A stretch of 63,240 bases of DNA, filler included, from Rhabdomonas costata (lineage: Eukaryota): assembly GCA_019059605.1 (NCBI GenBank). It is 54 parts of 54 records of this genome, joined end to end, with 100 filler letters (N's around TTAATTAATTAA, not from the genome) between each part and the next. Parts side by side here need not be neighbours in the genome. Positions count along the whole stretch, not along the records: positions 1 to 1,073 come from JAHMHO010030035.1; positions 1,174 to 2,246 come from JAHMHO010030036.1; positions 2,347 to 3,419 come from JAHMHO010030037.1; positions 3,520 to 4,592 come from JAHMHO010030038.1; positions 4,693 to 5,765 come from JAHMHO010030039.1; positions 5,866 to 6,938 come from JAHMHO010030040.1; positions 7,039 to 8,111 come from JAHMHO010030041.1; positions 8,212 to 9,284 come from JAHMHO010030042.1; 46 more parts are not named here. One strand, written 5' to 3'. Positions 1 to 12,340 of this stretch are shown in pieces. The stretch's first letter is position 1; every line of letters begins with the position of its first letter. Made by a program: the position numbers and the translations under genes. A model generated the notes under the pieces. That model worked only from the letters and a program-made list of their open reading frames with translations, was not told the origin of the DNA and did not search any database.

Positions 1-127
1 TTTTTGGTATAAAGGGTTGGGGTACCAGTAGTGTCATCCATATTGAAGACATTTACGGCGTATTCGATCGGAAGCTTTTGGTCGGGTCAGCACCCCCTGG
101 GACGCTGCCGCCGATGCTGCAACTGCT

Positions 128-886
128 TTGGACGGGTCTGAGACTGGAAGGCCCCCCCGGGGCGAGGCTGTGGTGAGCCTCCGGCTGCGATTGTTGCCAG
201 GGCGCCATCCCTCTCTTCTGAGGCTGAGCGCCCGGGCCCCCGTCACCCCTGCCAAGGTCCAGCCCGTGCTGGTGCACTTCCTGGGAATCGCACCTGGGAT
301 CCAGACCAAGAGCAAATCTTCAGGTGGATTGTTCTGAAGGGCAAGCAAAAGGAGTGTGAACGGACGGCGCGCTATTTGAGAGACTCGGCCGCGTACCAAA
401 ATCCAAGTAGATTATGATTCGAGCACCATACACATGTCCACGTTTAGGAAGAGGAAAGGGCGTGCACTGGCCCCACGCAAGCGTGTGCTTCCCACCCCCA
501 CAGCCCAGGTGGCTTAGAGTTGCGTCTATGTGATGTGGTAGCTCTGGTGGGCAGATGGGCGTGCGCGCAGGTGTTTTTGTTTTTATGCTTAATTCCTTTC
601 CTGTTGTTTCGCAGACGTGGCGTCTCTGGAGGACTCGAAGACCCCCCGGAATGAAGCCGCCCTATCCCCGTCCTCTCCTGCCGTTGCTAACTCTGCCCCA
701 ACGGCCGCTTCGCCCGCGGTCGCGGCCTCTGCCCCTGCCGAGGTTCAGGGAGGGGTGGCGTCGCGGTGGCAGGGCCAGGAGGACGCCTTTGTGTTTCAGG
801 CCGTGCACCTCGAGGACCCCACGGCGGTGGACCTGGGTCCTGATTTCCTGTACTACGTCCCTCGAACCCGTGTCGCTGCCACGGGG
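128..886 (+). CDS. Hypothetical protein, two internal exons (partial)
   Basis: Exon ends at 323 (CAG|GTGGAT), intron 324-614 has a pyrimidine tract + CAG, exon 615-886 then GTATGA. Splicing keeps frame (KSS-D-VASLED...DFLYYVPRTR). 5' boundary uncertain. Confidence 0.55.
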
Positions 887-1073
887 GTATGAGGCTTTCG
901 TATTCGGGCATATACTGCCGTGTGTTTCTTTTTTATACTCTCCCTCGCTTTTTACATGCTCGTATCAACACCTGCACCCCGGCGAAGAGGTGGTAAGTGA
1001 TTTGTATCAAAATTAGTTGAGATAATTGATCCGTACAGGATTCCCGCCCAAACACCCCCAAACACACCAACAC

Positions 1074-1173
1074 NNNNNNNNNNNNNNNNNNNNNNNNNNN
1101 NNNNNNNNNNNNNNNNNTTAATTAATTAANNNNNNNNNNNNNNNNNNNNNNNNNNNNNNNNNNNNNNNNNNNN
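1074..1173. other. Artificial contig linker N44-TTAATTAATTAA-N44 (first of 53, recurring about every 1,173 bp to 62168)
   Basis: Identical 100-bp block between all contigs. TTAATTAATTAA places stops in all six frames. Flanking sequences are unrelated. Confidence 0.99.
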
Positions 1174-1904
1174 GGTTTTTTTGTTAGAGAGTGTGCTGGG
1201 ATGTTAAACCTGCAAAAGCCAGTTTTTTCTATTACCACTAATAACGCTGCCACCCAAAAAAATTCCAGTAGGCCCCAGACGCTGCAGCCCGTTCTTCTCA
1301 CCACACAGCCTCTATGAGCCGAAGAGCTCTCTCTCCCCCGTTTAACTTGATCCGATACAATGTGTGAAGGTTTCAGTACCAACAGAGCGTGAGCAGTGCA
1401 TCCACTCACACCGCGGAAAATCGTTCAGCCCATCTCCCTAGCCGCCTCCGACCAGCAGACTCACAGGCATTGCGTGACGGCAGATGAGCCGCTTGCTCAG
1501 AAGCAAACAGTGCTTAGGCCCGTGGGTCCGATTTCAGCTGGAGTGGTGCTGCGTCTGTGCTGAGCACATACAGCACACGAAATCAAAGGCTTAGAATATT
1601 GAGTGCGGAGAGCTTCCCCGGCACCCACTTGCTCTGGAAACATGCGAAGTACCGCAAGGCCTTCACCCTGGCCTGGCTGTACAAATGGCTCAAATTTTTC
1701 GAAGGAAATCGCGTTGCGCCCAGGTGTTGCACTGTCTCCTTCGCCTTGTGGCATCTCGAGCCAGAAGATACTGATGATGAAACACAAAGCAGGGCCTCTG
1801 CAACTTACAGCTGCCAACAAAGCTGTACAAAAAAAGGAAGGTAGAGCAAAACACACTGGGAGGGGTCTCCGAGTTTGTGTGCTGCTCTCACACTTTTTTC
1901 GAAG

Positions 1905-1997
1905 GCGCTGGTTACGGCGATCGGCTCCCACACCGCCCTTCGTACTATCGACCTCAGCCACAACAGAATATCTGAAGCTGGAGGACGTGTACTGAAG
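1905..1997 (+). CDS. Leucine-rich repeat (RNI-like) protein exon
   Basis: AG|...|GT-bounded 93-nt exon encoding ALVTAIGSHTALRTIDLSHNRISEAGGRVLK, matching LxxLxLxxNxIxxxG. Confidence 0.75.
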
Positions 1998-2399
1998 GTG
2001 TATATCCCTTTGGCTTTCAGCAAGCGGCTTCGTCAGCTTTTTTCCCTCCTTCTTTCTCCTCGTCACCTGCGACCAGGCTTGTCCAGTTTTCCCGATCGTA
2101 GTAAAAAAAACGTAACGAAGTGCGAAAGAAACGTAAAATCGATTCCCGAGAATCATGAAAAATAAGCAACCGTGAAACATCGGCAACTCTGCTACGTCCA
2201 CCATTACGCGTCATGCCCCATAATTCGCAATGATCCACCCCAAAAANNNNNNNNNNNNNNNNNNNNNNNNNNNNNNNNNNNNNNNNNNNNTTAATTAATT
2301 AANNNNNNNNNNNNNNNNNNNNNNNNNNNNNNNNNNNNNNNNNNNNGGTGGTGGTTGTCGTCGTGGTCGTGGGTGATGATGGAGTTTGCGGTATTGCAG

Positions 2400-2586
2400 T
2401 TGCGTCCTCCAGCGCGCACCTCCGCCGCCAAGGACTACCCCAAATATGAGTACGTGCTCAGCGCGCTGGTCGACCGTGTGCGAGTGCTGGAGGACAGCCT
2501 GGGCAAGCTGAGGCACCTCGGCGAGATGAGCAGCTCGCCCACCAAACCGTTTGCCCCATCTCTGTCCATCAAAGAAAGAAGGGCGG
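2400..2586 (+). CDS. Hypothetical protein exon (short coiled coil)
   Basis: GC3-rich codons YEYVLSALVDRVRVLEDSLGKL, between CAG| and |GTGGGT. Confidence 0.45.
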
Positions 2587-4128
2587 GTGGGTCATATTGA
2601 AATCTGTACCATTCCATGCAAGCTTCTGAAATTGCTTCCACCACCCTGTTCCTCACACACATTATCCACCCCGCAACCACGTATGCATTTTGGCCTCGCG
2701 ATGCCTGGTCATTCGAAAAACAATCTTCCACGAGCCAAGCAGACATTGGGTACTAGCATCTTGAGGGCTAGTTGGGTAAACGAGTGGCACCACCACCACC
2801 GTTTTTGCCCCTAACGTAACTGGTTTGTTCTTGTGCTCGCATTTTTCCCCGTTTTTTGGGGGAGGGGGGGGGTTCGTTGCGAATCCGGCTTCTTTATCTT
2901 TATCATTTCCCCTTTCAGACAACCGTAATTCTGTGAGTCAGCCTTCCCTGCGCTTTCGTTTGGGGGGCACGACGCCTCCCGCAGCCATCGCAGTCTGTAA
3001 GAGGGTGTGTGTTGCAAGTTCGTGGCAGTGAAGACGAGAGTCCTTCAAAGAGGTCTCTGCTGGTGCTGTCCATGACCCGAAGCCGATCCCCCATCTTTGT
3101 CTCCCCGCATACACTTTCTTTTTTGGGACTGTTCTTTGAGGGAAACGAAACCCGACCCCCCAACACAGAGAGAGAGAGAGAGAGAATTTGATGTGATGCA
3201 AGATAGGGCAGTTTTTTTGTGCGAGTGTCTTTCTGTTTGCCTAGTCTGGCAAAGGATAGATATTCGATGCAGGCCCCTGAACCACTTTCTCCCTCCTCGC
3301 ACGCGTGCACAAACATCACAACGGGCAGCAGCGTTTTCTTTTTTTTCCCATTCTATTTATGCTCTCGTGCAAGTCTGTTGCAGGTTCTCGGGTTCATGAA
3401 AAAAGGAAAAAGGGTCGGTNNNNNNNNNNNNNNNNNNNNNNNNNNNNNNNNNNNNNNNNNNNNTTAATTAATTAANNNNNNNNNNNNNNNNNNNNNNNNN
3501 NNNNNNNNNNNNNNNNNNNGGGGGTTTTGAATCAATATTTATGGCGCAATGGAAGTTGGAGAATGGACGTTGATAACCGTAACCAGTGACTGTTGGCAAA
3601 CTAACCGTCAGGTAAACATGTCACCACTCTCAAAATGCCTTTATTTTTTTGCTGGGGTTTGACCAACGGATTAGGACAGAATTAGAGGCAATAGCTGCAA
3701 GCGAAGAAAGAAAAGAAGCATAACATAGACAAAAAGGAGAGACGTCTGCAAACCCGAAAACGACGTGGCGACCGTCCAAGTGAGGCGTAGGAACAGTGCA
3801 AAGGAAGAACTGCGAGCCATTCTAGAGAAACACGAAACAGATTGAGAAGTGGCATCCATCGACGAGATTGTTCCATGAAGGAGTCAAGAATCAAAACGAG
3901 CATACCGTGTTCGGACCTGCGTTCGCCTGAAAAAGAACAGTAACATCAGGCCACACATGGTCGAAGAAAAGAACAGGAGACCAAGCAGTCCTGTGCCGCC
4001 ATACTATGCGCTGGCGACGGAAAACAAGTGATTGCCCAATTCAGTGCAAAGGAGCTCTCCTAGCTACTTTGCAATCTCTCCTGGAGGTGACCGTCGGTAA
4101 AACCAAAACCCCGTCACCATGCAAACAC

Positions 4129-4399
4129 GCCATGCTCAGAATTCCAGGCCCAGTGTGGCGGAGCTTGAAGTTCTCGTCAGGAAAGCGTGCGCCGTAAATC
4201 GACTTTCCACCTGCAAAAAGAGTGCACACCCACCACCCACCCATCATCTCGTGTTTCCCGGACTCTCTCAGCCTTCTTCTGCAGAGTGCAAGAAAAAGAC
4301 AACCTGTGCCGTTGTGGTTCGTGAAGTCCCCACCCTGGCACATAAAACCGGGGATAACACGGTGAAAGGTGGACCCCTTATATCCGAAGCCTTTTTCAC
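4129..4399 (-). CDS. PPIA: Cyclophilin-type peptidyl-prolyl isomerase, two exons (4399-4304, 4210-4129)
   Basis: [60 protein letters not shown] is the canonical cyclophilin core. A 93-nt GT-AG intron (4303-4211) restores the contiguous motif. Paralogue identity not certain. Confidence 0.97.
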
Positions 4400-6323
4400 C
4401 TGCAGGAAACGAAATTAGTAACAACAACAACCCCCCCTCTACCTTCGGCCGCATTACCCACGATAAAAAAGGAGAGAGAAATCAAGAAAGCGGCACTGAA
4501 ACCAGTTCGGAGAAAGCACAAAAAAAGTTTACAAAGACACAACCACTGCAGGCACGCGAATGAAGAGAGCGCAAGCTGCACATAAAAGGAAANNNNNNNN
4601 NNNNNNNNNNNNNNNNNNNNNNNNNNNNNNNNNNNNTTAATTAATTAANNNNNNNNNNNNNNNNNNNNNNNNNNNNNNNNNNNNNNNNNNNNGTTGGTTG
4701 TGTCAAGTGGGTTTCGTAACAAGAACAGGAAAACGGGGGGCGGACATGCTTAATTTCTGGACAGTGTGCGGGGCCCCTGTTCATCACATGTTCATCCCTC
4801 GCTTGAAATTTTGTGCCGGGCCGCGGTTCACAGCCAAGGTTTGAACCCACATTCTTTGGGACGGTTTCTTTCCCCACATGAACATGCCCGGAAAAGGAAA
4901 AATAGAATGAGGGGAACACCTTGGATTGGGTTTTCAAGGGTGGGGTCGTAGCGTCGTTTTTGGGGATTGTCTTTGCGGGCGGATCCGTTTCCCCACCCGC
5001 AAGAGATGATGAAATCGGCGCCACCGGCGTAAAGCCAAAGATGGCATCCAGGATGTCAGTTATTAAAGTTAAACCGGGGCGCCGCGGTGGGAGTCACGGG
5101 GAGCCACGGGCGAGCCAAGCAGCGACAGGTCGGAGCCTACGAATTGCACCGGGAATCCTGAGCCAGGTGCGGGAACCATGATCATCAGGGTACATGATTG
5201 GCTGAGTGAGAGCGTTACGGATTCGTGGTGTTCGAACAATGGTAGCATCGCAAGGGACGCGCTTTTGGCTGCCCCGTACCCAGGTACCGGGGAGCATATC
5301 AATTACTGCTGACAGAAACACTTTCGGTATAGGGTGGCAAGGATGCAGGCCACAGTTAACAAGCCTGAACATTTCAACCCATGCCTGAAGCAGCAACACA
5401 GGTTCAGGGTCGGCTCAAGGACATGGTTAGCACCACTTGTCCAGAAAAGGCACGCAAACAAATCAGAGCGATTGCAAACTAACACAGCTGCTGAAGGGGA
5501 AGCCTTCACTTCCCAATAAAAAGCGCAAAAGAGTATCCCCAGAGCCGAGCACAGAGTAAGTAACCCGAAACACGTCCTGGATACCCGAAAAAAGAAGCAC
5601 CATTAACAAACCAACCAACAAACCCCTACACACGCAGAACCAAAACCACAAAAAACATGCCATATGGAAAGTAAGCATGACGCCCTGACCACAACAATAC
5701 GTACAGTGCAGGCACGGCACACTTGCTGCAGAGGTACGTGCTTGGGTAGGGGACCATTACACCCANNNNNNNNNNNNNNNNNNNNNNNNNNNNNNNNNNN
5801 NNNNNNNNNTTAATTAATTAANNNNNNNNNNNNNNNNNNNNNNNNNNNNNNNNNNNNNNNNNNNNGGGGTTGGGGGATCGGAGGCTGCAGAAGGAGGAGA
5901 AGTTGGAGGAAAAGGACGACATGAGAATGGGAGGACAGGAGGGAAAGGAACGTAAAATGTGGCAGTTCGGTGTTTTTTCGGCATTTTTTTTTGCCGTTTT
6001 TTCTTGTGAAGTCTAATAAGAAAGGATTAACTGGACTCTCGCAAAGACCTTGCACCCCTTGCCCCTGTAGCATTTGAGACAGTCCTTGCATTCCATGAAT
6101 TCACTGCCAACATGGGTGAAAGTAGTGCTCACTTTTGGTGCAGGTTTGCATGAGCTGTCCGAAGGATGGACCTGGTGCAGTTGAGACGCGGCGAAAAAGG
6201 AGGCGCCTCAATGAGCTGGTGCTCCTGCTTTCTGCTGAACATCAACATACAAACTGGATTGCTTTGCATTCCAATGAACTTTCACCGCGAAACTTCCTTG
6301 AAATCCTCGCTGAAACTTTCAAT

Positions 6324-6388
6324 GGGTATCTTCCGAAACGCCGCCCAAATTTTTTAGATGGCGCTAGATGGCGGTTCGGCAGATACCC
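6324..6388. mobile_element. Putative 65-bp MITE with terminal inverted repeats and AAT target-site duplication
   Basis: aat-GGGTATCTTCCGAA...TTCGGCAGATACCC-aat (13/14 TIR match). A related end sequence with CGCCATCTAGCGCCAT lies near 49000-49040. Confidence 0.55.
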
Positions 6389-6658
6389 AATGTAATTTAT
6401 TTTAACTTTGAAGAAACTTTTAACCAGCATTTTCTTCTTCGTGTCTTGGAAAAAATGAAGTCCAAGGTCCTGCCTGGGACCATTTCGTTGTCACGGGACC
6501 GGTGAGGTGAGGGATGAGGATGGGACAAACACGGCGGAACTCAACAAAACAGATGGAAGCAGGACAAGCGGCAGGTAAGCGAAAAAATTTCCCAATCTGT
6601 GCTACGCGTAGCTTTTGTTCCGACGTCTCTACTCTCCGCACAGAGCCCTCCTCATACT

Positions 6659-6893
6659 CATGGTGGAGTCTCCCAGCAACACGATCTCGCGGAGGGGAGC
6701 GAGGGCTGCACTGCGCCGGCTGCTGCCGTTGGGGTAGTGTTGGCTCTGGCAACACCTCAGCGTGGGCCGCAGCACGTGGTGCACCAGCAGGTGGTTGCAC
6801 TGCACCGAGGTGTGCAGGCTGTCCCATAGTAAGCAGCAGGGCTGCAGGCTGAGCCCGTAGTTCGGGAGAAGTTGCACCGGTGTCCCGAAAAGG
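6659..6893 (-). CDS. SGNH/GDSL-like hydrolase (PC-esterase-like) exon
   Basis: GC3-rich frame ending ...REIVLLGDSTM, the block I GDS motif, followed by a GTATGA donor. Confidence 0.5.
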
Positions 6894-7246
6894 CTGAAGT
6901 ATTATTTTTGGAAGACGCACATCCCTGCACACAAACCCNNNNNNNNNNNNNNNNNNNNNNNNNNNNNNNNNNNNNNNNNNNNTTAATTAATTAANNNNNN
7001 NNNNNNNNNNNNNNNNNNNNNNNNNNNNNNNNNNNNNNGGGTTTGGGTTTGTGTAGTAGGGTGACCTCGCAGATTCAAAAGTAAATCGGAATTGTTGGAT
7101 TGAAGTACTCACTATTGGAGTTTTCGCGGAGCTCAGGTGTGAGGAACGGGCTTTGCTCTAAACGCCATACTTCACCCGAAAATCACGCAGGAATGGAAAG
7201 GATGAGTTAAAGGCAAGGTGAGAAAGAGAGCCAGAGAGAGGAGAAC

Positions 7247-7379
7247 CCTTTGTGCGGGCACTCTGGAGCATCACAATGTCTCCGAAGTGGATGAAGCTGT
7301 CGTCGTGCTGCGGGGTAAGCATGACCTCGCTCAGATGGCTACCCATCCGCCGTTGCAGCTGCTGCGCGGGCAACTTTCC
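7247..7379 (-). CDS. CFAP161: Cilia- and flagella-associated protein 161 exon
   Basis: TAG|GKLPAQQLQRRMGSHLSEVMLTPQHDDSFIHFGDIVMLQSARTK|GT aligns with the recalled CFAP161 N-terminal segment (GKLLIQ...DGYIHYGDKVML). Confidence 0.75.
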
Positions 7380-8211
7380 CTACAGAAAGAGCAGAGAAGA
7401 ATGACAACGGAACCGCGCCAGTAGGACTTAGTAAAAGTGCAGGTTTCGATCAAGCACTTTGATTTTGAACGCTTTGTTGACAACACATTGACTGAAGTGC
7501 ATTTTTCAATTTACATCTGTTTGTATCAAGAGGACAAAGAGACACCTCGGACCGAAGTCGGGCATGCTCCTTGGCGCGCGACTCACCCAGGGAAAGGTCC
7601 TCGCTGTAGTTCCCAATAAACGTACATGGGCGGTACCTGTGCAACCGAAGGGGAAAGGTGGTAAGCTGGATGTGCGGGAGAAAAAAGTCGACCGCGTGGC
7701 CCCTACCAAAAAAAGGAATGAAAGGAATGTGCGAAACGAAAAGACGAAGGCAGCCAAGTTAAATCTTGGTGCATTTGCTGAAATGACGGGGACTACAAAC
7801 GTGGGAAAGGGCAGTGAAAAGGAACACACCCCTTGTGCCCCGTCATCTGCTGAGGGGTGTAGTGATGCATAGCTTTAGGAGCTTCACAGGCAGAACACGC
7901 ACAACGAAAAACACACAAGCAGAGACAAAAGCCAAACAAAAAGCCACAAACCAGCAGCGAAACGCAAAACTGCGCAGCAAAAGAAAAACTTCACAGATCA
8001 CCAAAGAGTGCTGGTAAGAAGTCAATGTTGCCTGCTTCACTTTGCAACTGATGAAAGCACAGAAAATCAGCAAGGCATGTCATGGTGTACAACAGATGTT
8101 TCGAACAACACNNNNNNNNNNNNNNNNNNNNNNNNNNNNNNNNNNNNNNNNNNNNTTAATTAATTAANNNNNNNNNNNNNNNNNNNNNNNNNNNNNNNNN
8201 NNNNNNNNNNN

Positions 8212-8993
8212 TGACCAAGAGCTGGAGGGTGCCTGGACTGCGGTGCTGCTGGGTGGTGGCGCCCCGTGCGGTTATCGAGGCGATCACCAGCTCCGGAACC
8301 TTCCTGGACGGTGTGCTGACAAGCTGGAAGGGGAGCAAGATGGCCAGTGACTTGGGGGCTGTGAGCATGTGGTTTTGGCAAGTGAGACGTCATCTGTGCC
8401 GGAGTTGCTCCTGAGGTTGCGGGAGGTTGGTACGCAATTAAAAGTCAATGGCTGTACAATGAGGTTATCTCCTTTTCGAGCAGTAACAGTTTGTCATAAA
8501 TATCGCCTGTGTGTGTCAGTGTCGGGGATCCAGGTGGTCAGAACCAAATGCTATGATTCACACATTTAAACGGATATGTGGTGAACGAACAGTGTACTCA
8601 TAACGTTGCGTGGTCACCCGACAACCCGTTACTTTAATGCTGTTTTTCCGAATCTGAAAGATCTTTGCCCCCCTCCTGCCGTGGATCCGTTACGGGGACC
8701 TCCTCTTCCCTTTTCCGCCGTGGCTGCATTCCTCTGCCACAGGGGGCACCAACCACGCCACCCAGGAGGCTGTGCTGTCGATGGTGAACCGCGAGTACGT
8801 CGTGCGCTCCACAGAGGCGCTGCAGAAGCACTTCACGGCGAAGCGAGAGTACATCCTGGAGAGGCTGTCGGCGATGGGGCTGAGCCCACCCATCCCCCCT
8901 GCGGGCACGTTCTACGTGTGGGCCAACTTGCAGGAGCTGCCCCCTCCCCTGAACGATTCCGACGTGTTCTTCCGAGAATGCCTCAAGGAGAAG
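8212..8993 (+). CDS. PLP-dependent aminotransferase class I/II, two exons (8212-8310, 8743-8993)
   Basis: TKSWRVPGLRCCW (PLP-lysine motif), FLDG|GTNH joined in frame by GT-AG intron 8311-8742, then PAGTFYVWANL...FFRECLKEK. Confidence 0.92.
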
Positions 8994-9565
8994 GTGTGTG
9001 TGTGTGTGCGTGCGTGTGTGTGGAGGGGAAGTACCATGCGTGTTGCGATGCCTAAAGCAGGTTTGCGTTTGAGTGAGAGTGGTTGGCGTGGTTGGGGGTG
9101 GGGCCTGTCCAATGTGGTCAAGGCCTTATTGTTAACATTGATTTGTGACGTGAAGCTGTGAGATGAGATCCGCGTGGTTGTTGAGATCCGCACCATGGCG
9201 CATTTTGTGCTTGAAAATCACAGGTGCCTTCCCCGAAGAAGAATAAAGCCCCTTGTACGTGAAGCCCCGGTGGAAAAAACAACANNNNNNNNNNNNNNNN
9301 NNNNNNNNNNNNNNNNNNNNNNNNNNNNTTAATTAATTAANNNNNNNNNNNNNNNNNNNNNNNNNNNNNNNNNNNNNNNNNNNNCAAAAAGCAGGGTGGG
9401 GGGGAGGGTAAGGTGGATGAGCTGAATTTGGCCCTGGCTGTTTTGGTTACCGGTCTTCCCACGTACCCCTCTCTGAGAGCGTATTTTCTTCGTCTACTGG
9501 CTCTTTTTCTGGGCGTGTGTCGCTGAACTCGCTCTATCGCGGTGCTCCTGTGCTTCCCACCTTAG

Positions 9566-10288
9566 AACATGCTCGCGGATGACTTTGGAGTGCAGAACGC
9601 GCGGTGCCTGAAGAGTGAGTCCGCGGATGACCTGCCAAAGATCGAGCGCCGGGTGCCTCAGGACAGCCGTAGGATTTCCCCCAACTACAGGTGCTCACGC
9701 CCCGTCGCTCTTCGCGTGATTCACACGGGGGGGGATGCTCTTTATTAGTTTACTGATCCCAAATCAATTTGATTGAATTGAGGACTCGCATCAGTGGGTG
9801 AATGTTGGCAACTGGGATTCGAGCAGCGGGGTAAATGCCATGTCGTGTGCAAATGCATCGGGTTATAGGGTGTAATTTTTGTGGTAGTGAAGCGATAAGA
9901 TTCACTCCCCCCCCGTCGTCACTTGAATATGCTCCAACCCAAAAGCACGGCAAAATCAACTTCAAAAAAGCAAGGAGCCCATGGAAATGCTCTTTGGTGA
10001 GGCTTGGGTTTCGGAACGGACAAAGATTAGGAATGAAAAGATTAGGAATTTTAGCGCTTATCAGAAGCGCTGATTTCTCGCTGCCTGACGCTGGGCACTT
10101 GAACTTCCCCACGGCATTAGTTATTAACACCCAATGGGCGAGAGCACCGCCCCCCACGCCACGTGCAGAGAAAACTCCCTGCGGAGGCTCTATGACAACT
10201 TGGCCTCAATCAGTGGGAAGGCCCCCGTGAAGTTCAGCGTGGACTTCACCATCTGGGGCTACCTCTCCGAAGCTGTCAGCGACCCTTG
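9566..10288 (+). CDS. Hypothetical protein, two exons (9566-9690, 10169-10288)
   Basis: Both exons are AG/GT bounded and phase-compatible: ...ISPNYR|ENSLRRLYDNL...DFTIWGYLSEAVSDPW. Confidence 0.6.
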
Positions 10289-10744
10289 GTATGTATTGCG
10301 TGGGAAGGTGAATGAGAGCGAATCGCGTTAGGCTTTTGGCAGTTTGGGTTGTGCATTGCACCTCAACTTTAGATTGTTGTGGAAGGATTGAAATTTTACT
10401 TGTCGCCTTCGCTGAAAAAATGATATTTGGAAGCCTTGTGAACGTTCTGTCTGTGTTNNNNNNNNNNNNNNNNNNNNNNNNNNNNNNNNNNNNNNNNNNN
10501 NTTAATTAATTAANNNNNNNNNNNNNNNNNNNNNNNNNNNNNNNNNNNNNNNNNNNNCGGGGGGGGGGGCGGACACGGGCAAGGTGCAGTGGCACGGGAG
10601 TGTCTGCTGAGCACCACCACTAGCACTGAAACGCTTCAACACACTTTGACGCTCCGCCGTTCTGTGCATGAAAAGATCTCAAGCAGCCACGACTTGCAGC
10701 ACAAACGGTCTTGTGGGATTGAGGAAGTTTGGAGGAAAACGAAC

Positions 10745-11531
10745 CTTCAGCAAGTTGACCCCGTTGACCAGCGTGCCCGCAGTGTCGATCATGTCGTCGA
10801 TCACCACGCAGACCCGGTCGGTGACGTCCCCGACAAGCTGCATGGAGTCTATCTTGTTCTTCTCCACTCGCCTCTGGAAAAGTCACGGGCCCACGACAAG
10901 CTCAAGCAGCATCCCACACTTAGGGATGCATCCCACACTTAGGGATGGTATGGGGAGAAGCGGGCAGGTTGAAAGGGCGGTTCTCAGTTGGAAGGAAGCA
11001 CAAACACGCACGCAGGAAGGTACAAAATATGGCAAATAAGGCCAAACTGTTCCATTCATGAGACGGAACGAATTGAAAATGAAGTTAAAAGGGCCAGCAC
11101 AAACCTTCAGGATAGTCACGACGTGGCTGGCCTCCAGACGGTCGGCGAGCTGCCGTGCCTTCTCGACGGCTCCCGCGTCAGGGGAGATGATCTGTGAGTA
11201 ACCAAACCACACATAGCTTTACTAGCGACAGCGCAAAACAACATGGAAACAAACAACTTACTTACTCTCTTCACAGTGGCCTTGCTGGACAACAACGTTT
11301 CGGCCCTGGTGGACATTTAGTAGTGGAAACTTACCCACGACCCAGAAGCCCAGACCCAATGGATTATTCAGCAGCAGAATTCACGAATCCCGACAGAGTG
11401 TTTCCAACCCATCCACGCTGACCCAGCAGCAACCGCGAAGTTCTTTGTGCTTGCCCCGTGCTTCATCTTGAAGTACTCCGCGAAGAGGTAGAAGGCCATC
11501 AAATTGTCCACAGGGGTGTTGTGGAAAAACC
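10745..11531 (-). CDS. PRPS: Ribose-phosphate pyrophosphokinase, three exons (11531-11434, 11191-11105, 10873-10745)
   Basis: GFFHNTPVDNL, IISPDAGAVEKARQLAD and LVGDVTDRVCVVIDDMIDTAGTL (PRPP-binding loop). Two in-frame GT-AG introns. Confidence 0.96.
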
Positions 11532-12218
11532 CTGGGGGCAGGCACCAAGCCATGCGGGGCCAGACAAGCAATGATGAGGGTGGCAAACTGCCAGACGGGA
11601 CACTGTACCGCCCTCCTAACCCCAAGCGAANNNNNNNNNNNNNNNNNNNNNNNNNNNNNNNNNNNNNNNNNNNNTTAATTAATTAANNNNNNNNNNNNNN
11701 NNNNNNNNNNNNNNNNNNNNNNNNNNNNNNTGTTTGCTGGGACTAGGACAGTCTTTTGCTTCACCGCCTTCACCTCGCTTTTCAAAACTCGGATGGAATA
11801 CTTGGGGTGAAAATGGGCCACCTGCTGGCCGGGATCAATTCCAATGCTACTTTCCCACAAAATACCTTCATCTTTGGCTTTTTAAAGATCTGTGGCACAA
11901 CCAAAAATGCTCCAATCACACAATGTCCACAGCTTTGTCCCAAGATGCACAAAACACACAACACAAAACCAAACACTTCTGTGATATAAGAAAGAAGGAA
12001 ATGAAACATCATCCCCTGGCGCTCACTCCTCTTTCGTCGGTATTGAGCATTCCAGAAGATAATATAGAGGCAATGTAATGAGAGAGAGCGGAGGCGAAGT
12101 ATACAAGCAAGGAGAAGTGCAGAGATGGAAGGCGTAACAAGAGGCACAAAGGTGTGGGCAGCGGAGCAATGCATGTATCGAGGTTTGAAAGGAGATTTTC
12201 CTCCGTGTTTGTTTTCAG

Positions 12219-12340
12219 AAGGTCAAAGGATATCGACGGCAAGCCATCCTTCTACTAAGCGCATCATCATCAAGGCCGCCGACACGCTGGAGTCCAACAA
12301 CATCAATAAGATTAATAAGATGAAGAAGGGAGAGCAATGA
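12219..12340 (+). CDS. Hypothetical protein, probable terminal exon
   Basis: TTTTCAG| acceptor, then KRIIIKAADTLESNNINKINKMKKGEQ-stop. Confidence 0.4.

Noticed and set aside
615..886. Assignment of this exon to an axonemal dynein heavy chain N-terminus
   Set aside because: The resemblance rests on a few residues (FLYYVP), too little to support a call.
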